Origin: Marsupella aquatica
Taxonomy: Eukaryota > Plantae > Marchantiophyta
Direction of reading: 5' to 3'
Assembly: GCA_973895155.1 (NCBI GenBank)
Contig: OZ316892.1
Location: 20,037,869 to 20,101,868 of the forward strand
Length of the DNA stretch: 64,000 bases
The notes below the pieces were generated by a model, which was given only the letters and a program-made list of their open reading frames with translations, did not search any database and was not told the DNA's origin. Below are positions 54,959 through 64,000 of this stretch, one piece after another. Position 1 is the stretch's first letter; each line of letters begins with the position of its first letter. The position numbers and the translations under genes were made by a program.

Positions 54959-56264
54959 GAAACTTCCGTTCCAAAGGGTCTGAAAAGCAGTAAACCAGCT
55001 GATAATTGATCTGGGCGTTGCCAACAGCAGGGTGCTACCACCGGATTCGTCAGCACGAAGAACGGCATTGTGACAAGTCCAAACTTACAGTGAACTTGCT
55101 GCGTCTGTTTCAATGCATAAACTGAATGTGTTTGCCATGTCTTATCAATCCAACCTAGTAACTTGCCCTTGTACAAATGGACCTTCTGTCAATATGACCA
55201 AGTAGAAGTTGTTGGACTTTAAACGTGCAGAGCCAACAAAAAAGCAAATGATTGAAAGAGGGCGTCTCATCAAATCCTCGCAGTTTTGCAGTTCCTTTTC
55301 AGGAGTTGACTGACAAGGTAGAAAGCACCATAGGAAGCTCATGAAAGCTTGACTTCATACATTGAATCCTGCTTGAGACACTGGCAAGTATTGCTACTAT
55401 AGTTGCTGTTGTGCTGTGGCATTCGGAAGTTGTGGTTTCTATGAGAATGCTCGAGCAGATATGAAATGTATTGCAATTGTCTTTAAGCATTCAGATATAT
55501 GTCATGTCTCGCCTCCTCTACCACGATGTGACATACAAGCAAATTGAGGTGTAATTTGTCGAACAAAAAACCTTCAAGTCATAGAAAGCAGCAATCAAAT
55601 CAAGGGGACAGAAACACCATTTAAGTGAGATCCAGACCCAGGTCATTAACCAGTTAGAACATGGTCAAGAATCCAGGCCAGATTTGTCCAAGAGCATAAA
55701 ATTAACAATGCCTAATAGATACATAGTGCACAAAACAGAATTGCTCAATTTCATCCTATTTCATCCTATTTCATGATGGGCGTATTATGACCTCACGCTT
55801 TGGAGAGAATGTTACCAAGGAGAAGGTAATCTGCAAGAGGACCCCCTTCGATGTCTGCTCTTGGTCCAAATCAGTTTTGCTTCTATATCTAGCTTTGAAG
55901 GATTCTTTCCTTACGACTTTTCCCATAACTTGAGTTTTGAAACACCCCTACGTAGATATCACAAATGTTTTCTTATATTCAGACTAAAATACCTGGAAGG
56001 TTAGCTAGGACTCTAACCATGGTCACCTGGGGCTGGTGAGACAGTTCTTGTAGGGCTAATGAAAGTTCTTATATCAAAGAATAGGAGTAAACCAACCTCG
56101 TGGGCTGCTATGAAAAACTCCATGGGATTTCAAAGTAGCGTGATCAAATTCAGAAATTTCACCTAATTGAGCATGTCTTGATCCAAGTCAAGAGATAAAT
56201 TGAATAAATATGGTCGTCAGGTACTAGGCTGTATTATTAAAACGACACTAGGTTTATCTGCTAA

Positions 56265-56615
<351 letters not shown>

Positions 56616-59222
56616 TGAGTCATTACAGATACGTTTGAAGAGAGGCCCCACCTTGGCATGTGGGAGTCATAAGCTCCATCCAAGCCCTTAAGCTTAGATG
56701 GGATCCCAAAATGCCCTTTGTGTTAATGTAAACATTTGTTGTTCTCAATCTGTATCATCTTAGTTAAAATGCAGATTTTATGAATCCCATCTAAACTTAG
56801 GAATCCAATGGAGATTCCATACTAGCTTACAGCTCTAGCTTTGCAATGTAGTACTTTCAACATTCGGATATTAGTTTTGGAGATTATAAACTTCGACACC
56901 AGCCATTTTTTAAAGCAAAATTTCCCTAAATTGTAACTGGAAAGTACATCTCTATACAAATTTTTCCATTTCATTCCCAAAATATTGATCTAACTAATCT
57001 AACTAAGACTGGTTTTGGTCAGATATCATGATTGATTCTCCTGGCTTAAAGCTAGAGATATATAATCCAAACACTATAACATGCAATGCCACTCTTTCCT
57101 CATGGTTTGTCTACCAGTGTCATTCTGGTGGAAAGCCTCATTGGCTGTTGGATTATGGTGATAGTTTTTCCTAGTCATGAGATGCACTTAAAAGTGTCAC
57201 TGCCTACATTTTCCATACCCAACTCATCACTCTCCTCTGTTGCACACTAACTGAAATCCGGTTGCCAAGCCAACTGGTGCAATGTCCGACTCCCTGGTTA
57301 TCTCATTTATGTTCAATATCACTTACTATCAACAATACTATGCAACTCCCGCGGACAGTGATCTGTGACACATAACTATGCACATATCAAATTTTGACAG
57401 AAAGTACACTTCCAGGGATCAAGCTAAGTCACCATTTTACACTCCTTTCCCAATGAAATGAGAAAAAATGGCCGCTTGTCAAGTGTAGTTTATTGCAAGT
57501 ATAGAATAATGTCCTGTTTAGAGGGCATTTTTACAATGCCAAAAACCAGGACATTTACATCCATAAAAATTTGAGTGATGTTTTGGGAATAGACCAAAAA
57601 AAGTAAACTTATGAAATAGATTAAAGGGCCATAACAACAATATCTTACCATGCAATTGGCCTAAAGCACTAAAGAAATTAAAATTTAGTTCTGAGATTCT
57701 CTATAGGGAGTAGTTGAAGGGATATAGTAGCTTCCATTCCAGATACAATCTTCTATTTTATTTTACATAGTAAAACTATTTTTGCTTGTACATTCACCTG
57801 TATGGATTTAAGGTGTTTTGCGTAATTCCAGCCTCAAAAGAAGGGAGTTAATATGGAAAATTGATGCACTCAAACGATAAAAATCACAAAAGTCTTTACT
57901 TACGAGAACAGACTACGAGCTGTTAAATTTTCCTGCAACACCGTTAGAGAATTGTCGATTCCCACTTTTATTCTCTATACCGGATTGGATTATTGAATTT
58001 TGAGAAATGTTTGAGAAGCCAAGAAATGACACCTTTCTGTCAGTCCTACAAGAACGAAGAACAGCAAGAGCACAATCTGAACGCAATTATTTCGTAAGTT
58101 GCTCTTGAACGGAGGCGGTGAGGGAGAGGCAGAGAATGCAAGGTCTGAATGTCAACTGTTCGTGCCCCGCCCCACCAACTGAATTCTCCACATAACACCT
58201 CGGAGCGAGTACGGTACATTACACTGCAGCGTCAACGGTATGAATGCCCCAGAGACATGGATGACCAGAGAGAATTGAATGAATGAATGAACGAAGGGAT
58301 GATGGGAAAATATGTGTCTTGTGTAAAGTCGGATCTGGTTGAGCTTCCTGGACAGGGCTGAGCAGGAGATCATGTAGAGTAGGAGTTGTTGGGTCTGCTG
58401 AGATTGCTCATTTTCTACTCGATGATGGCAGACGATTTTTGCTTGCACGACGAAAGAAATTTGGAAAACATTTCTGGTGCGGTGCTTCTTGAGGGTGAGA
58501 GTTTTCATCAATGAAATGTACCAGTGAAGGACTGATTGATCAAAGAATTGAATGATTGAATGCTTGGATGAATGAATGATTGATTACTGCAACGAAAAAA
58601 TTGAATTGACTTTGTAATTGATGAGGTTGGATAAATTCGACAGATGAGAGGGGTGCTGGGTTTATCTCATGGAATCGGGATACTGGTTCTGGCTGCAGTG
58701 GGTTTAGTCCTGATCTTCAAGGGTCAATTTGGGTCTACTGTATTAGTAGTAAATGAGTATTAATATCAAGCACTTTCGTAGCTGCACCCGTGTTTCCCCA
58801 TCTCCTGCCTTCAATTTTGCGAGCATCAGATTTTTTTTTAATCTTTGTAAGAATATGGACGCAAGGCGCATTCCCTCTAGACTCACCAGCACGAGAGGGG
58901 ACATCAAAGGACTCCGCCCTAATGGGATATTACTCTGTTATACATACTAAGAATGAATGAATGTATTAATCCTGTGAAAGGAGAGCTGTGGAAAGTCGAC
59001 AATCCGGAAGGACCCCCCCCCCCCCCCCCAACCCCTGGGAATACTCGTTTTCATGCAAATCTTTTTTATCCGGATCTTGTGGGCTCGACTTGAGCCGACC
59101 GGAGCATGGCCGATGCTTCACCAGGGGCTACATTTCCCCCGATGGTTGTCCAAACTACTGCAATGAAGAGCATGCTCATGTTGAGGTGGTCTGAATGATG
59201 GCTTCAAAGTGATTCTGCAGTA

Positions 59223-62200
59223 ATGAAGGCCTTGTCTCTTTTACCACGGAGCGCGAAGTCAGTCTTATTGGGAGAGCAAGAGGTGAAGAATGTGAGAAGA
59301 AGGAGAGCTGCTGCTACTGCGCCATTAAGAGCACGACCTGGGTTCGGACGATGTTCGCTGAACCGTCCAGCCAAGTCGGACAAAACGGTCTGGGTATGGA
59401 CCAACAACAAAGATGTGATGACAGCGTCTGTTGAACGGGGATGGAACACTTTCGTCTTCGATCCAAATACAGAACATCTTGCAAAAGCATGGACGTGTAA
59501 GTTCACGCTATAATAATTTCGTGCTGTTGTGACTGGATTTAAGGAGTATATTACAGAATTTTGGTAACCGCGGGATTAGGTGAATCTCACTTAGTATTCC
59601 TTCGTGCTTCGACGTTCTTTGCTTTTTAGTTTAGAAAAATTGCTTGGATGTAATCTACTGATTGAATATTACACTCACACCTAAGAAACCTGAGACTGAT
59701 ATACATAAGGTTCCAAATTGAGCACAAGATGTACACATTTTCCCTCTTCCCCTTCGCCAAAATCTTAATCCGAAATTATTTGGATTTCAATCTCCGGTGT
59801 CAAATTATCCTCAGGTTACCTCAGTTCTGCTCGCCTCTCTGTAGAAAAGGTAACCTCGACGCAGTGGAGGCTGAACTTTGAAACCTCGCAATCCATGTGG
59901 CCGGATTTGTTTGTCTCTGCAGTGATTCATGCAAATTCACAGATTTTCTGTCAAGATCTGACCAACATTGAAAATTAAATTTCTGCATTCCAACTTTTAG
60001 ATTCTAAAGATACAAACGAATACTGATCAGAGAAAGAGAGTAACAAGGGATTCATGAAAGTCGATGGATGCTTGTGTTTGCAGCTATAGCCATGATAAGG
60101 CCCCTGACTCTTCTTGATGGCGTTTTCAAAGACCAACAGAGCAATGTAGTTGCTGTTCTGGGCCAGGTTTCGTCTGGCGTGGATCAAGAAGATGTGAAGG
60201 CACTTGCGGGGCAGGCTGAGATTGTTGTGATGACAGCGTTTGATTGGCAGGTTAGTGGGTATACAATGGGGTTACTATGTGGAGCGTATGCTCAATAAAC
60301 AAGTTATCCTCCTGCCTGGAACTCTAAGGAGCCAAGTTTTTACTTGAGGTTTCCTCTCCTGCAACTGCCTGCGTGGTTTTGGTTCTCGTCTATTACCAAA
60401 AAGCAATTAAGCCTTTGTTTGGTCCGTGATGGTAATTTTCCAATCTTTAATGGCTGTGAACAGATTATTTCCGCAGAAAACATGATAGCTGCATTTCAAG
60501 AGACCAGCACGACTCTCTTTGCCACCGCTGAAAATGCACAAGAAGCCAGGCTTTACTTTGAGGTTTGAGCAGGGCTTGAATCCTCCATTGACCGTTGATA
60601 GATAAAATTATGGAGGCGCGCTACAGGATGCGTCGTGTGAGTCGTCAGAAAGCAAAATAGTTTTCAGTGGAATACCCTTTTGGAAGGAAACCCCTCTCCT
60701 CCTGTGGATAGCACAACGGAGCAATTCATCTCAATGGACGAACTAACTCTAGATTGATGTGAATTGCTCCATAAACCACCAGAAAGGTCGCCTTAGATTT
60801 ACGGTCACTGCTCTTGAGTATCTTCCGGAAAGAGGGAAGGGACTGTTGTGGATAAGAAGCGTTTGCAAACGAGGGTGCTTCCTGTTCCCGGACGATTTAA
60901 ATTTTTGCTTGGTGGATGGCTGTTCAGGCTTTGGAGAGAGGTACTGATGGAGTGGTTCTTCAGACCGAGGATCCCTCAGAAATATTTGCACTGAAGGTGA
61001 GTATCCCTTCTTGTTCCAATTGGATCCCAAGAAAAGTTTATGGGAAAATTCCTTTTATGTCACTACCGAGCTTAATAACCTCAGATTCTCATGGCTTGCT
61101 CTTGTAATAAACTACCACTCATATCTGACCTGTCATGGAAAGCAGGCCTATCTAAACTTAAGGGCGGAGGAAGATAGTAAACTAAGTTTAGTTGTGGCTT
61201 CAGTTAGTCGAGTAACAACAGTCGGGATGGGAGATCGAGTCTGCGTGGATCTCTGCAACCTCTTGGGCCCTGGAGAGGGTCTTCTGGTAAGAAGCGTTCC
61301 AACGTTCTTCCGGACCTGTTTGTTTACCTCAATTGATTTGGACAGATTCATGAACTTGGCACAAATCAACAAAAGAAGTGTTCAGTAATACTCGTCAATG
61401 TTTCCAGTAGATTAAGCGCTAACCCTTTTTATCAGACAACCTTTTCCCTTCAGGGTATAAGTTACTTATTCATGACAGGATGGCCAAAACCGTTGTAAAC
61501 ATAAATATCTGACGACTTTATTTGCCTCTTGCAGGTAGGCTCTTTTGCTAGAGCCCTATTCTTGGTACATTCTGAGTGCTTAGAATCTGACTATGTTGCC
61601 AGCCGTCCATTTCGTGTAAATGCGGTAAGTCAATCTCAAACCTACTAGGGAGTTGGATAACTAGAGGTGAAGGTAATCTGTTGACGATTCCATAGCCAGT
61701 GCCTGCAGATAAACGAACAGTGCATACAAGATTGTATGGATGAAGAGCTCTTATGTTTTCAATTGGATTCATCTGAGAGCATGATACTGATTTTCTGGCA
61801 GGGTCCCGTGCATGCATATGTGGCACTGCCAGGTGGGCGCACATCTTATCTCTCAGAGCTACAAAGTGGCTCAGAAGTGCTAGTTTGCGATGCTGAAGGA
61901 AAGACCAAGTCAGCAATTGTTGGAAGGGTAAAAATTGAAGCCAGGCCATTGGTTCTTGTTGAAGCAGAGGTACACCACATATTTCTCAAAATTCTCATTT
62001 GGTAAAATGTTCGAGTTCATTTATGCCCAAATTTCGGGCAGGACACAAAATGTAAGGAAAAACCTGCATAGTAACCTGTTCGAAAATTTAAGCTGGAAGG
62101 AAACTTAAATCGAAGTTTGTGATTGCTCCTCTCCCTCTCTGTTGTAGTTGTCCTATTGAATATCCCAGTACAAACTAGATCTTCATGGGCAAGGAGCTTA

Positions 62201-62683
62201 CTCAGACAAAGGTAGCTGTTGTGAGGTCCAGAAATGATCTTAAAACAATGTACTGACTGGCACCAATGCAGTCAGACTTTTAAAAGACTGACTGCAACTG
62301 GTAAGGTTTGGGCGGACTCGTACTTGATAGGTTGGATTGACGCTTGTTGTGTGGTATGACAGAGTGACGGGACAAAGTATAGCCTCCTCCTTCAAAATGC
62401 TGAAACTGTGGCGCTTGTTTCTCCATCCTCAACAGGTACATGTCATGTTAAATCTAGGAGGCCCTCCTCTGCACTGTCTCAATTGCTTTTCCTGTCTTAC
62501 ACGTTAATTTTTGGAGAACTGAGGGTTGCTTCAAACCGTGTTTCAGATTTCGGGGATTGTCAGCAACCGGGCATCGCTTCTCCTGTAACCAAATTGAAGG
62601 TTGGAGATGAAGTTGTACTTAGTCTACAGTGTGCTGCTCGACATACAGGTGTTCGAATTGACGAGTTCATAGTTGAAAGATAG
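59223..62683 (+). CDS. 3-dehydroquinate synthase type II (DHQS, archaeal aroB'-like), plastid-targeted, ~9 exons
   Basis: [29 protein letters not shown]|[42 protein letters not shown]|[30 protein letters not shown]|GPVHAYV...[23 protein letters not shown] and [15 protein letters not shown]. Confidence 0.93.
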
Positions 62684-64000
62684 TTGAGAACTTATGTGCG
62701 GCATTTTAAAGTTTTTGTAAAATCACATGGCACGGAGTTTAAACTTCAGTTAGTCGAACTTACTGCTTCTTATGAACGCAGATTAGCCCATCTTTGGAGT
62801 GAGTTCTGTAAAACAAATCTAGATTAGAAATGAATTGAGTCTGTGTATAATTAAATCTCCAACGTAAGGAACAATCCTCCATGTTAGTAATGACTGATGC
62901 CTTCATGAGGACCAACGCCTCTACCAGCCCCTGTGGAAGATCCTTGCTTCGAGCCAGCATTGTTAGCCTTGTTTTTGGCATAACCAATGCCTTTTCCAAC
63001 AAACACTGCAGTAGATGGTTATGAGGTCTGGCTTTTCATCATCTTCTCGTCCTGGAGGAGATAAGTTATCACCATCTGCAGAGACAAATTCGCCTGTACT
63101 CTCAACGAGTTAAGCACGTTCTAATCAGCTTTGAATCCTAAACTGGAGTCACCACATCTGATGAAGATCATTTTGGATTGATCCAAAGGTCTACAACTAT
63201 TTGGCATAAAATGAATCTCGATGCCCACATCCATGATGGACTAAGGTGCCCAGCTGGGTTTAGGGTACAATCGGCCAGTAAGGCTGAGCCAATTGCACCT
63301 TGCCACATGTCCTTGGACCAATATGGAGCCATCTCTGGTTAGTCCCCTCCCTTAAGCAAACCCATATACAAATGGGGGGCATGTTAGTAAAGAAGTAGTT
63401 TGGGGGCAAGTTATGAATGTCTGTGATAGTGCCATTCCGGGTTCCGCAAAAACTTTATAGTTATTAATTATGGACCCGAGTGACAGAAGGTTCCCTGAGT
63501 GACAAAATGACCCCAAGCAACCTTTCACAATTGAGCCTCTCGATTGGATGGCCCTATGTCCCCAAGCACTACGGCCTGCAATCACTCCTTTACGATTGAA
63601 CCTTCGATGTCCGCAAGCACTACGGTAATCTAGTGAGTCTGCAATTACTCGTGGGACATACATATCTGCATATTCTCGAGTCCACCTGTACTAGAGATTT
63701 TCGGCTGTCAAACTTATACGGCGCCGTCCCACCCCTTTCAGCAATTCGAGAATCGCTTACGCGCCGCAATAGGACTGCCGTCATCTGTTATCGCTGTCGC
63801 CTCTTCCCAATCTAACGGAAATGGGCCGGCGGTAGGCTATGATAATAGTTTTGCATGCAGGCTCCTGATATTTATCTGGGTTTTGGGTCATTTGTGCTCT
63901 GCTTGTCCTACAGTACTGCTCCGACAAAAGCCCGTGTCCTAATCGAATGGACGCTTAGAGATAGATAGATCATTTGATTGAGCCAAATCGACTCGATTAT

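Overview
Eukaryotic land-plant nuclear DNA with GT-AG introns; gene content and style suggest a bryophyte or liverwort, which is inference. The right half (about 32-64 kb) is ordinary gene space: an Elongin-B/ubiquitin-like gene with an unusual symmetric Pro/Lys-rich cassette exon, an intronless CRR1 (dihydrodipicolinate reductase-like), an NADP-malic enzyme and a type II 3-dehydroquinate synthase. The left half (about 1-31.4 kb) looks like one very large, decaying Mutator-like transposon. It carries (i) a spliced MULE DDE/SWIM transposase; (ii) two paralogous genes of an unrecognised Cys/His zinc-finger family sharing a phase-0 intron, one apparently extended by a chain of phase-1 exons into a modular protein with amplified Pro-rich micro-exons, an FCP1/NIF-type HAD phosphatase domain and a Tnp1/EnSpm-like domain; (iii) an 11-bp motif, CATACYRYGAT, found about 19 times in its non-coding DNA and not seen in the gene-rich half, reminiscent of the VANDAL/VANC anti-silencing architecture. 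Nested inside are two independent 4.66-kb TG...CA solo-LTR-like insertions, each with its own 5-bp target-site duplication and each carrying an originally ~1,207-aa ORF within the LTR itself. All exon models, family assignments and motif counts were made by eye and need computational confirmation.
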